From assembly GCA_051883495.1 (NCBI GenBank), contig JBJETV010000024.1:20483-84482 (forward strand): a DNA stretch of 64,000 nt, written 5' to 3'. Numbering within the stretch: the first letter of the stretch is position 1; each line of letters begins with the position of its first letter. The position numbers and the translations under genes were made by a program. Of the stretch, positions 24,001-29,931 are shown in pieces. The notes under the pieces were generated by a model. The model was not told the DNA's origin and made no database searches. It saw only the letters and a program-made list of their open reading frames with translations. This stretch comes from Christensenellales bacterium. GTDB lineage: Bacteria; Bacillota; Clostridia; Christensenellales; UBA1242.

Positions 24001-26817
24001 TTCGCACACTGCATTGCCGTTTAGGTTGGAATTGTTAAACCAACCATCAAAATAGTATCCTTCTCTTGCAAACTTAGTTAAATCTCTACTTGGAAGGTAA
24101 ATACTGCCACCATAAGTTGTTTTTGCTTCGTATTGTCCTGTTATATTTTCTCCATCAACTTCCAAAACACCACCAGACAAAACAAATGTTGCAGTAACAA
24201 CTTTTATTTTCCAGCAAGCATATATTGTCTTTGTTCCATTGTCATCAGCAAGCATATTTAGGAATGTATTATTAAGCACAAACTCACTTAACACACTACC
24301 CAACTCATTCTCACCATCACTTCTAGCAGACATTCCCACATAATTGTATCCTTCTTTTGCAAATTCAAAAGAAAGTATAGGTTCCAGTCCAATAAACTTA
24401 CGAATTGTTACAGCGATATATCCTGTCGAAAGTTTGGATATCTCTGCTACAAGTTTTGTTCCATACACAGCGGAAACTACTTTTTTATCACCATTTTGCA
24501 AATCAAATGCAAAGGATACTTCTACACCCTTCCAGTTTCCATTCAGCACAAACGTTCCATCTGTCAAAACATCATCCAGTTGAACTTCTATCTCAATTTT
24601 TTCTGCAACATAATCTGGAGCATACAATCTATTTTTTGTTTTGTAGCCCTCAAAAGAATAATTATCTCTCGCCATTTTTGGCAATTCAAATGTTGTTCCT
24701 TCAATCAAGTTTGTTACAACAACCGTCCTTGCATCTTCGTCAAACAAAACTTCTACATTTTGCAAGTCATACACGTAGTTTTCGCCGTCAATACCTTGCA
24801 AATTGAAATTTATATTCAAATTCTCTTTTGAAATATCAAAACTGGCAACATTAAAATCATTGTCGTTCAATTTAATTATTGTTTGACCAATTACTCTCTT
24901 ATACACTGCATAAAGATTTACTTCCACACCACTTAAAAATGGATTGTTTTTGTTTGGATTGTCATGACTAGTCAAACCACCTTCTAGCAAAGTATCCAAA
25001 TTCAAAATTTTTCCATCAAATCTTGGGCTGGTATTAAAACCAACTAGCACACTGCCAGTTTTTTGAAGTTGAGATAAGATATCTCCCAACCATTCGCCAA
25101 CCTTCTTACCTTGAGTTGCAGACATTTGAATGCTTGCAATGCTAGACATATTTGGATTTGCATAAATGTTAAGATTTGTTACATCCTCATCCCACACAGC
25201 ATACAAAGTTAATTTGCTTTCGCCTTTCAAAAATTCTCTAGTAAGTTTCAACCTTTCAGAAGCATTAAATTTGTAGTAAGTTCCTTCCTTCCCAAAATCT
25301 GGGTTGTCAATTTCTCCAAATTCAGTGGCAATCTTTGGAGAGATAAATGACCAACCAATCAACCTATGATATCTTGGTCTTTGCAAAACAAAACCTTTAG
25401 AACTATCCACCGACATCAGCGAAGCATATGATGGTGTAACATAATTATTCTGTCCAAAATTGTATGTCCTAACCGTTCTTTCATTTTCAAATGTTTCGCC
25501 CACTATCCCGGCGCTTGTATATTCTTTTTCAACACTCTTCAAGTTGGAATTGTATTCTATTTCAATGTTTTTTCCAGCATAATTTACTATGACAATTCTT
25601 TCTCCCTTAGGGGTATCTATCTCATCTTCCAGCCCATAAATAGTCATCTCATCATCAGCAAAAGAAAAACTCTGAACATTCAAGAATTTGCCAACAAAAT
25701 CTATATAATCTCTTGCAGAATAGTTTACATCTTCTCCAACACCGCTATCTAGAATATATCCTTTTACAAAACTATCTTCTGACAAATAACTATTACCCTT
25801 CAATCCGTCAGAAATCTTCAAATCTTCATACAAATCAAGATAAGAGTGGAATGAAAGTTTTTCTGCATAGTAAGTTGTTAAGACTTCACCAAGATATATG
25901 TAAGAATTGGAGTTGTTGTAATTATCAACTGCTACAAATGTAGTCTTAACATCACCCAATTCATAATCAGGATGCAAAACCAAATCACCTTCAACAGCCC
26001 CAGCCACATAAGGTGTTCCGTCTTCTCTAAGCCACCCCTTAAACTTAACAAGTGTATTATTTTTCCCATCATCACTTATTATATCTTCCAAGACAGGAGC
26101 ATCATATCTATCCCCCACATTAAGTTCCACCGTTTCTCTTGCTTCATAAGGCCCCATATTCTCAAAAGATATCTTGCATTTATTCCCATTGCCCTTAGGA
26201 ATAAGAAATACCCCAGCCGTTACAGACATTGCAACAACCAAAACAGAAACAATGCTAGCAAGGATTACTTTGAGTTTTTTAGAAAAGCCTTTCTCTCCAG
26301 TCCCGCCAGACATTTTTCCACCCGCACCAAATATTCCACCGCCAACTTTTTTCTCTCCAGAAGATTTTTCCTGAGAAGTTTGATTTGTCTGAACAGCCTG
26401 ACTTGTTTGCGGTCTTTGGTTTGTTTGAGGCCTTTGATTTGCTTGAGGATTCATTGGATTGCCATTTTGCTGTCCAACATTTTTTGGATAACCTTGTCCA
26501 AATCGAGAAATATTCTGTCCTATAGGAGAATTAACTCTATTTGGCATATTATTTGAATTTGGCGATTGAAAAACCTTACCACCAACATTTGCGTTGCCAG
26601 TAAAGTTACTATTTGTAGGACTAACCCCATTTCCATAGACCGAACCTTGCCTGTTCACATAGTTCCCGTTTATATTGTTTGGCATTTGGTTTTGAGGTAT
26701 ATTGCTTTTAACAGAACTACCCTCTCTCCTAATGTTACCATTTTGAGTTCCATTTTGAGAGTTCAAATTCTGCCCATTCACATTTTGTCCATTTCCATTT
26801 GGCGTAAAGTTTTCCAT
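1..26817 (-). CDS. Giant (>8,939 aa, 3'-truncated by window edge) membrane-anchored surface protein/adhesin with InlB B-repeat-like, Pmp-like beta-helix and BspA-type LRR modules
   Basis: ATG at 26817 preceded by AAGGAGG RBS (minus strand, 26826-26832). 26817 is divisible by 3 and the same frame still reads as protein at positions 1-120 (...QAYQVMDKDANIVYIHESLQNAINASLQH). No ORF in the supplied track lies in this frame, which implies no internal stop. Hand-translated segments show a TM helix VILASIVSVLVVAMSVTAGVFLIP, repeated F-x-G-W and (L/I)-Y-A-x-W motifs, many GGA(I/V)Y and FxxN motifs, and TIGDYAFEG/TIGQYAFSDC/SIGSYAFAGC LRR units. Confidence 0.92.
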   Translation of the reverse strand, partial: MENFTPNGNGQNVNGQNLNSQNGTQNGNIRREGSSVKSNIPQNQMPNNINGNYVNRQGSVYGNGVSPTNSNFTGNANVGGKVFQSPNSNNMPNRVNSPIGQNISRFGQGYPKNVGQQNGNPMNPQANQRPQTNQRPQTSQAVQTNQTSQEKSSGEKKVGGGIFGAGGKMSGGTGEKGFSKKLKVILASIVSVLVVAMSVTAGVFLIPKGNGNKCKISFENMGPYEARETVELNVGDRYDAPVLEDIISDDGKNNTLVKFKGWLREDGTPYVAGAVEGDLVLHPDYELGDVKTTFVAVDNYNNSNSYIYLGEVLTTYYAEKLSFHSYLDLYEDLKISDGLKGNSYLSEDSFVKGYILDSGVGEDVNYSARDYIDFVGKFLNVQSFSFADDEMTIYGLEDEIDTPKGERIVIVNYAGKNIEIEYNSNLKSVEKEYTSAGIVGETFENERTVRTYNFGQNNYVTPSYASLMSVDSSKGFVLQRPRYHRLIGWSFISPKIATEFGEIDNPDFGKEGTYYKFNASERLKLTREFLKGESKLTLYAVWDEDVTNLNIYANPNMSSIASIQMSATQGKKVGEWLGDILSQLQKTGSVLVGFNTSPRFDGKILNLDTLLEGGLTSHDNPNKNNPFLSGVEVNLYAVYKRVIGQTIIKLNDNDFNVASFDISKENLNINFNLQGIDGENYVYDLQNVEVLFDEDARTVVVTNLIEGTTFELPKMARDNYSFEGYKTKNRLYAPDYVAEKIEIEVQLDDVLTDGTFVLNGNWKGVEVSFAFDLQNGDKKVVSAVYGTKLVAEISKLSTGYIAVTIRKFIGLEPILSFEFAKEGYNYVGMSARSDGENELGSVLSEFVLNNTFLNMLADDNGTKTIYACWKIKVVTATFVLSGGVLEVDGENITGQYEAKTTYGGSIYLPSRDLTKFAREGYYFDGWFNNSNLNGNAVCEFDAEQLVLTSDITLFAKWNEIKIATIYSDYNRTKSFSIATDRNGSFEFVGNEIEGMTFVALCQNPSGSANIVKVGERANVSDGVEFYCVWREVVYQNGATAENGVVGEDISGGYIAYGAPVTPISNSYTCSKYFYFAGWNIVSKSGAEKYAQASTIFDYNSTGYELAENLTTDGQEKIVLKAVWQRKTVRVEIYEDENMRSLVRAIGVDVNKFDSITLSSAQTGDLFLMLINGKDIDFVKDNLSSSTAHYSNGNELKITIPKDSLVDEINNVFIYRLVAVTKKYATFVEEENGRSITIAVGTDFEEGVDLAGYADNAGPADRIDKNLSGNYIYDTVIRAGVRQKLVMVSGEDELFGFAKEHYVFDKWMKTDGSYYAVGESVRLLSDATFVAQWVKKQYTLNIRDLSGSNFLDSDGVKVVTFVYGDVVDLGVELQGLVEEYNDSTLRCVMLVNGLSYNGKKFGLSDKILMEDEGLGLDGILADGELDDDKVEMTIAWQEKTYQIVVDLAGGYWNDDSAIENVEIANGKMIYSVTYSQAENLKLLSENIAKEGYLFASFTNGTSGDILKVGDEYFYNASTDYSSFSGDNIVALYNESFSVNFDLNGANELAEIDKITQTVNYIASGVESDGDWIEITLPNVGDRGEGYQFAGWWRNNDAVSAIDNISEIESNYHAGSVIRLTRSMIEVYSSVGKNEVILFAVWKAKITFVAGRSFAEGFITGATNTQGAVTLRDMEYNADGVMITVKGFEDWVVCGSIDSTTLGKYKFEHQTGVGYMFGGWNENGRRVFSLEVTAPKTLVAEWASAKIKITLKDQDGRSFAQSGQTTSEVTIERDFTNGDVVNLNNVYRTFVAVGKTTTPYLFGYNFVGWVEGDVGFTDWTNASTKNVYTSENLLPVPVVDSVYCAVFARANVEIVCDMNVEDEMGDKPFEGDVRENYAGKFGELFVVDVSDKTQYVAHPYFDIAGWKAVKNDYAFENAVVLDDNVVVYDEISNKYVANIYAVWTRKTNEVVLNLGGGLVASDYFNVSSGFANNVVKVEYGIKQITITQYVKNNSYITLPTDEYIVREMFVLNNYSVEGVDGTTSLVGGAKVWNTRSGRIVITANWLAVANVYVYENAEAEEEKSVTFQVVLGEGNGIEFSELLNSVQIYRDGLVEKRISIADFAKENYEIAGFSLYRTGGINYEFDKVYALNNVYSLNIYAIWIGKSYEIVINVDDPELSPAENNENKTYITEGLRYGENIDLSKYFLKQNSTGGWVFESFEIDGLIFNASNTTFNPQNLELGYRTTYILNTNWKGKSINVSYNFGNATFTDPDGQSGSVITKSYTYSKRYGEAGNVVRTLTPSQSTTTCIRYEDLGAEYPIFAFSKFVPLDESIVVVDGQFELPAYDIAMIAQWTSKEIKLVIEPTGAPIGEEKDASFDSLDSNTSGYAVSKSERAGKEVLLVEGLRLNDKINLEYLPSAVCSGEQYSYVFLRNYAGVGICDESSRMNIIEAEFQVVKTGDMDFDIIWNSETECFEMWFTLLWSPTDVTVNYIQAVPTVEAIKKVDTNGNEIIDENSKTVYGYPCDATGKIADSTKGQTLKVNKLGEIGSYQKNIETGEQEFVRGFSLLDGYTLFGWKQIGWATERDHTMIDGSYTKLNNQNSYFFEPTEGQNGTSNLLAFATKTSKVNLYPIWVQEDFVLRLTDSTGKNFEGQKDIVIKYDSRFTIDNLLANERIILETIAFDSAERVFKSFVGWSYNEVMYAGDSNLVFSKDFGGFVSSDDINDTDKTVIIDMSWEEVKYKLKLNLYFGDYTDKANVFFYRDTDMSCYILTDNVVKFSELRADGVALNVLPSLLLDETKLIKIVGDKVFTFAGWALTTREDGVIAEPTKMLALGGDKVRITEETLNIEEGVDIEEALFNAINPNVAIIELTAMWNCYKVTINANGGQLNVDSSSSLWDGATDGEGNLWKVADNETIYLWTYYGSNITLTDKILSWFERDKYTAETKSFVHNIKQTDSEGNFVVDEKGEYVLVEERLSVKDDTVDIVVTADDRLMVEWVGTPVTIIINPNSKEGDVEGVFDTPSINTFTTEYSQEFVEIDSLLGADRAHKVETENVTINDKNLTIIKLYANYGDEITTLNNLLATCVSGNNFYGWTDGYLNYSVVPYTAQDSANNKLFGLWSAVAMFELNGGVYGLASSATGYIDPVAPAEDSGGVINLPKKMLTNVGGSEYDAGPRRIGYEFIGWSDNANGYKNYAEYVALWKNLYIEEYIQTLTSMTEEEKNVVKAQLSSEVVRDHEVYVERFKALKGESYVENLLATTFKIYEQNESYTLTGNVTFYALWRQVKISMIFFRSDDDYKGGAGNGQETMATCDVWYGENWTLPSKFDTSEYATKIFSWTHFKDGKQEAFAGWKIVNANPMQDVYAGDELELTADKFFAGLIENESVKRQVHLVTKWSDVSVTVKIKLGPSSEEYAYYGEDIAQDYGYLETMVDGDSKYLIITNPFGNFYYPNLDRIVRFGKVAKGYTEPYGYMTSERGYIVSNSKNHLATTLHLQKQGEARYIGEVREVGGQYVYELEVKWVEAECYADNYFNVSTNLGHRFYESLQLALEDCVDTENLTYESRVANIVLLDKVAEEGATTKYHYIQNTIDVGSRQIVLSIYQKSTKNIVLRRQTNATAIIVGEGGMFAIRNTSDVLMFGIDGEGKSADVFAKVVGGTFEVSGKTEISNFYNNISNKGSLVWAIGGNITISGARVSNNRLEGSSGSLYGGVLCAEQGAVVSLSNGIFTENTVTGNFITNDYYTYGGAVALLSKSSAKIENVKFWSNASKVLAGGQSFGGAIYASASVVEYGSAYITGRDSEGNTVQGEDDISFKSNTAMFGGAFCVVGGLDGAVVVKGSLTTKYMQDALTGKTCSTMMRSNYSSGEARKGSAIYAVDAVVNIDGMTIQDAKVSEDGAGIYAGSGSELTVKNSIFNSTYAYNGSAIYSAGKSVYVELCFFVQCVCVNGDVVDGNGGAIYIKGSTSQTNTAVLSMVSCKYAWAKRGGFVYVGENVNFTMTGVESYTSKLLDCYAEEGACVYYNSGALEAESQINYVRFYMTGYIEDEDEQKINPKRGGGIYVAGGKLVVANSTFSLCLAEYGGMIYVANGSVIFRDVNTFEQVNDISSGLYEENEEFGGSAENALDPKYEGNSADYGGAVYVEENGEFDFQTGSLGYNVGSITASAIYNNGKVRLGDVVMENNITSTYIAILNKGEFEIYGNAYIKEGQNIFIGTYIKEDTQIIDGKQQVVSEKRFYEITVSKENWLNKKTESDETSSVIIDFVTKDAVMNKPIVQFASVMEEGVENKTKIYQAYKDYLEEGNKPVFELAQSASFVLRCDDEKCALVLSLHNYEILFMDLSEDSDGKVIASKTIKCSDPLNDEVLTTINNVIPSKLRYGYQFNGWAYYNASPNALEVYPDFEGLGLKYSFAEGESSVDVYSHVLSGERVFNYVGNLRNVKSSAGSDFSFPGHNFYIYACWKPNEYEVNFEYDDMSYTTVEINDLEFDSSLGMMDILKKRVGYKTTFNLPLASEINKTIFVTYDDVKSVTRDSSGNPVRVVFGDSSSTSSFSIESSGIYAGYFYYTKQVSFGGNTFDLKYYVGTSEDRAWSVFLDDTDLSNQKVTLKNLQNVEGQPQKVDANVYPQKVVFEKDGNIVNYETSIDEYGRYSFIDVDNGRKYVSRQLIRPDGYEFSHYKINGNAGYGANDSFVMGPPNSDFNDLGQRISVTVVFKKLNVNLILNNNDNGTSSVTATKEVYPGTEIILPTMYNSGEFEGIGKRENYALVGFSKNKNYAEDKIGDLYQPGAKYVVTESPTGSHELYAIWEEAECYVEPTSKSSTSDRWFYTSIAKAFSDISNKVYGTSYSQYNVVVLKPEVVVKEEMVVLSDVILLSKTGTVTLKLADDFDNSKAMFVVGRKVDDELTQGKLTLRGETNANIVISQGTAKDRIESLIVINPDSTLDVVGSVTFEKATVSNANRGGVITVLGCIVNVAEEESRTARGVVNITGNGVVFSGNISTNGGAIYVGEYAELNIQGESADGVRFGITTDGLESNIAQQNGGAIYVSSNAKFTLKNAWFASNTATNGGALYIGENCLTQLSDCRFSSNKARAGGYGGGAIYSDSEIKISATNNFEFTGNVSNANGGAIFATKTLWLEGNVNFNNNETLKSGGAIYAPNGLVLEGGIFEGNMAKEGFGGAVYVKQSLKKTTISSEKTTLFKQNKAIYGGAIAILELGENVQIDNISFEQNGYVNNGGAIYYDGSTTNFILSLGAQVTISGSDASNGIMKNQLGGAVYANNGNIFFEGSATGNTAVTGGAFYLQGESKLVLNNALLSDNYCQHESIGGGAIYVGGTSYVVFEGENNIFRNNQAWRGGAIYISSTQSADSKKTVIQKATFEGNALKDSSDIGKRYGEILYIANGSTATISGNIATIIAEEENYQIYIAERATVVFSKARFVSPEGAEIDTKIMIESVENGINATHGQIDMDCQSYLTDVYFKPTKKERLNEHIIYLSGNIANYIGERNRIRIHLIDVNPVYELEGLHMVKFDDAQMARSAESCFELIEETAKFVLIPQSNFLDIVKMAESIKIDPNYGELSYKGVTYTEPFDINFEDSDDNTLKFLDEIEGFRAGYRLQNYFECIEDGRRINSQSIKPYLNLTLKAVWEQLPYSYKTYYQNEKDEYVEVGGGTIMYADRVYLTVPSRQYYTFVEWKVCYRDINNNSFIQIATISSGNNFSLSSMGSSAEETKQKLKLIEQNGAVVHFVATYTETVVTVTLYGNGGTTSSGKTYVEFTYPQKVGYISYSDFVDAFSKPDHAICGVFTGSNEVYDEGVDTLYNFSNMSINIKGITKLKLYCKWQRVEAIIIKNNVSADEESRIYYDSVRDAIGDLLDGDTLEIVSSRIEVSQALVFNKNISVNITANNNIVISRATGFVGNIIEIAGGQVTIRCDGATITLDGKNAVSTNGAVLVRKDASLVAGNGLVITNQIAKTNGAGIENFGKLALNGVNISNCQSEKDGGAVWNGGNLLVSNATITNCLANCGGAVFTKSATEIAGGIFDNNSAIKGAGVYVEGEDGISVHSATFTNGNGDVYTSEDLQSSVRYGGAIYVAKGTGKVVIGVMTVVTNNKATYGGGLYYDGDTNEPAVCNTNLEASCKFTDNSAVYGGAICIGELVESYNNHIVRISLATINTNFAQYGGAVAVLRGTLEVFGGDISRNTCGVRGDNIYVSLGGTLAVYGGSVGADGASGEIVVLGNSSEVRSGKMKVASGATINDVVRLFDGAKILVTSQLTSGKVIVVALDKTDRKSSNPLDNYPTGTDSVVVATFDDDLDCDSSKFAVAEEASEKYRTKADSQDVVITRAYFSLIIDTDSGSLSSDLENITTYGTKYVVDVLYGTNLKELLKNTTASKERKDFESWGIVSGESLEAISPDSTMPYGDLQIKAIYSQSIYRLTLNFNDSNGLSKTKATFNAENILDDNFRNIEYGEGSVSVDVYVSGEGANAQSVLGALGARLQRFGYTLMGFDTNNGTSANIDLDAGNFEMQAEDTIVYAVWQAKEYEVSFHSNPKDDSEEEVKTITVSYDSNFALLGEEEMLLAGYTLQGWGIQPSGEGKVYKIGENVLMDKDMAEVLHFYAVWEAKQYQVIYESGMPEATGTVEPTTMTYGVESELSSSTFSVLGYTQIGWKTADGVQYLFGKNLTVINLTTDSTVSVYAVWQGNKYIVALHKSSDEASDSVNVEAVYGDATAKLIDVNEVVTYSKNLLYFVGWSTIPMGSVEDVEYTNAQTIYNFTVEDRIDLYPVFQKYSVIVRSNAFDDKYVELEPNISGVVVISKNMLLSFSYVGHEIGFLSRTKDVSLSNSTNLFFDESGEITIQTNTFGKPTLELFVAWKSLPYTLRFEVEDGNGEYPTSELYVAPKGTNAYTTGSTTCVLPNDMEDPAILHGWSILADGSVVNFELGASLMLSQDVMEQFAKYQDVSLGILTLYGVRETEYSIEYILNTTHNIIGASTTDIVAENSNETEKFDIGTKIDIVFADIEGNVWEIGDPIDAENPIYAYFDGWSYSPDSSVAEISPLDENASEQTTKFAGKVTLYAVWQEYTNPFVFEYSGTKIVGLSEIGSSLDKAEVVLPRHKLYPMDDTLVVGEDITAISSLPSENNIMSIDFRFVLDEFGIESFAFENTVGLQSLINIKQTQTIDYGAFVNNSLCEINFVESESTNLFVGKDGNVYAFNGTSAELFAVLLSKTMWEKTYVVPQTADSGSTSYDITSVLPFAFANTSFESIAITQTVNSLKQGSLAHTNELTSLEIPFVGGGEGEEDSVVWASSLKYLFVDRNNEVVVPQKLTQVEVKGERLTTIGDYAFEGFEKLQRVLFASSVTTIGQYAFSDCENLTEVGTEGTFNISTITSIGSYAFAGCVNIPKSLDLSNIASFGQRVFDNTGLQKVVLSGETEDFGGAKAFENLYTLKEARLYSVLAFDAVVNGTGITASDIEEDRTGVVYTNINFYQMLLRTEELQGYLRYNIVVDNLIDVLNSANERVGFYSNLEDAIANAQNGNKIIVKSDIKLKTTISIEKTISIYAGYEKLNSEGREDYINITRDTLDSVFDVQSNGNISFGGSFVDSDSSKYVNANLNIIGNKRESANSLIVLNGGVVSFDIGAYIYDHISQNGSVVYATGGAINITGAEFYNNYATQKGGVFYITDGTTLNIARASIHHNGVFEDSIMTKSGGVVFAQEGCEVNITEGNFANNGAENGGAVYINCQGITSTIGQSEFAGNNASMSGGAVFLENGWLIVRKNSLFYFNTANNFGGAIAMYDGELFVENSTIGSSEKEHGENIANNMGGGLYVQGGIVNITSSEFSSNSALIGGNIYLSTEKAVNITDSSIVDGNTTRVNIGTDVLGGGIYVDGAKLNITGKETVISGNRAYAGAGIVIAEDRAISSEVRLSGVEISENIGDQIGAVYVKNGKVEIENAKILNNNAKKGAGLLISNGEVSIKNCEIAENISTGSGGGLYVEGGAVSVENSEIKMNSANFGGNIFFDDGKLTFNSVTISEGSALSGSGGGLFVNYGEDDTEAQIDFSAVKFSKNSAVYGGAIYARRAINIQNAEFEENVATEQGGAIFVGENARVVLDEVKTLNNTGKSTEFYNVYIANDAKKYALSISNNTSMGDAEDGNGVYLPRGKVIEVTARTLGSEGDISMRKNRIRLYMDSNPEDKSLWDDENGILVAKFSDEKYSVAGASKFVCDGVCFARVGAYIYATTATVVDVTVPGKPINYASLKDAVEQSTNTLKQYIFEIFADQMIGINNVVEITNNQNIIVTRQKDASAKIYRKETYTGSMFVVMGTLSLNYDIEEITYRESVETLDIFGSYESDDISQKIDATEAIFRIEKNGCLNIFEGVTIQNGTNISSNGGAVYIQDRESTFNMFSGTIKNCSAINGGAIAIKAGTAQIISGVLSDNNATNGGAIYSQGALNIGSDSSATLLSENFASENGGAIYQTAGTILLKNSTFTGNSANNGGAIYICDEGSIDMQNSVFTENSSSYGGAVYAIGQATIIGCSFSKNGNSVDTTCNAGGAVYFAGKDTKPMEVKCSTFAENSANSGGAVYVKEGEVTIHNTNEDNTGYITGNTATYGGGLYVSGGTVVVLSYTISSNTKSDEDSSFGGGVYVLSGNVSISNTEISGNTTNSGGGVYLASGRLNIRGGKISDNNADFGGGLMMVAGILTFSAYTDESTSNANVEVSNNKASLGGGLYLAGRGNEESAEIMNTDIINNTSTGYAGGIYVKGVNVTLQNTQIYSNKCSSEYNYSQDIWFAGDSFMVAGAGVALGEKTDGEPTATIYISGETKMSNFVTPTATTNKAFIFNSDFDYSGLNQKIYLKHETNAFGEYKDTFFVASNISRMEAHITLLVDKGVPFETKVVYVGATNIETAVASFSIPIDSDYTLRQGKSPNEDYLVLAPQAYQVMDKDANIVYIHESLQNAINASLQH

Positions 26818-26825
26818 TCAACTTT

Positions 26826-26832
26826 CCTCCTT
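26826..26832 (-). promoter_or_regulatory. Shine-Dalgarno site of the giant surface protein gene
   Basis: Minus strand reads AAGGAGG-AAAGTTGA-ATG. Confidence 0.85.
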
Positions 26833-27782
26833 AGTATCTTAACTCAATAATTTTCTTATATACTAAATAAATGCAAATACAATAAAACTTTCTCATTTCA
26901 AAATATTTTTCGCAAATAAATCAATTCCCAATCACATAGCACAAACACAAAAAAACCATTTTTCCCTATAAGAAAACAAAACAAGAAAATAATACTTAAA
27001 AGCAGATTTTCTTACAAAAAATTATGTTGCATCCTCTAGTCAAATTCCACGCAAAAAATATTTCGAAAATAAGCAAGATTTTTGAGCTAAAATATTTGAA
27101 ATTTTTGTTAGTTTTTTCACAAATAGAAAATCGCTAAAAAACTGATATTTCCTAACGAATATAGTATATCATATATGCTATTTTTTACCAAACAAAATAC
27201 GCATTATTTCGCATATTTTTTCACTTTTTTTTAATAAATTTTATATGTTTTTTTATATGATTTACCGTATGAATTTTTGAGTAGTTTATATATCTTTTTG
27301 TATCTATTTTTTTATAATTTTTTTGCCCGATTATTATATATTTTCGTCTATTTTTGTATGTTTGCTTTGGTTAATTATTGTATATTTGTTTTGGTTAACT
27401 ACTGTATATTTATTATCTAACCTCTGTAGATTATTTATTATACTTTTTGAACAGCATTTCAATACAAGTTTATCATATTTTCAAAGTAAGTTTATATACA
27501 AATTTCGAATAGTTTTAATTGCTTGCATTATGCACTATTGATATGAACTTTAATTATCTTTAATATCGCCTTTTTAATATTGAATTTACAAACATTCGCT
27601 TGCTATGATTTAATACAATTTATAAAAACATCTAATAAATAATCAATTTTTACATCAAATTGAATATTTAATAAATTCTGACTCTATAGTTTTATTCTGG
27701 ATAAATATAACATTTTTTCTTAATAAAAACCATCAATTATTTACAAAAAAAGTTAAAGAAAAACCCGTTGTATATTAAAAGT

Positions 27783-27930
27783 ACTTGAGGGGAGATTTGC
27801 ACTATTATTACAATATCCCGACTATATATTCGGGCACAAAAATTTATATAAACTACTATATATAACACCTACTTTTTATATATGTATGATTTTACGACTA
27901 TGCGGTCGTAATTGCTAAACTCCTCTATTT
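27783..27930 (+). ncRNA. Candidate structured small RNA in a long AT-rich intergenic region
   Basis: Locally GC-richer patch after TGTATATT (-10-like). Closing helix GAGGGGAGATTTGCA/TTGCTAAACTCCTC encloses hairpins CCCGA..TCGGG and TTACGAC..GTCGTAA. No family recognised. Confidence 0.3.
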
Positions 27931-28395
27931 AGCCAATGTTTGCATGTAACTCTATGGTCGAAATGAAATAAATTTTTGATATTCATTTCAATTTAGGAAC
28001 AACAGACCAATTGGTCAAAAGATAGACTATTTTTAATTCTAATAATAAAATATTACTTTGTTGATTATGATTTTTATATTAAGATTATAATTACTTTTAT
28101 TAAATATAAAACTATTTAATAAAATACATAAAATCTTCCCATTAAATTTATAATAATAATAAGAAGAACTAGAAGGAGAAGAAGAAAAAAATAAGAAAGA
28201 AAAAGGAAACTCAAAAATTAGTTCCCTTTTATCATATTTATGTAATTATTTTTGCTATAAATTCTTTAATATCTTACAAATAATTTGCATTATTTTTAGA
28301 CTTTTAGCAGTCATCAATATAATTTTACAATTACTATAAAATCACTGTTTTAGGATATATATTTTTAATCATAAGACATTAAATCACATCCAAAT

Positions 28396-29736
<1,341 letters not shown>

Positions 29737-29931
29737 TTATCTTTTGACTGTTACAACGAGAAATATTATCTCTGCTATCAAAACAAAATAGTCTATCTCC
29801 TTGCGATTTTTTTGAACGTATCAATTATAACACAAATTATATTTATAACAAACAAAAAACAAGCAAATATTGCCTGTTTTAAGTATTATATTTATTTAAG
29901 ATAATGTCTATAATCCAATTGTATTGAAAAA

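Noticed and set aside
158-26850. Dozens of 60-190 aa ORFs in the supplied track
   Set aside because: Antisense or off-frame shadows of the single giant minus-strand CDS; no RBS or domain signal.
27323-27541. 72-aa hydrophobic ORF
   Set aside because: TTG start without RBS, arising from T-rich degenerate repeats.
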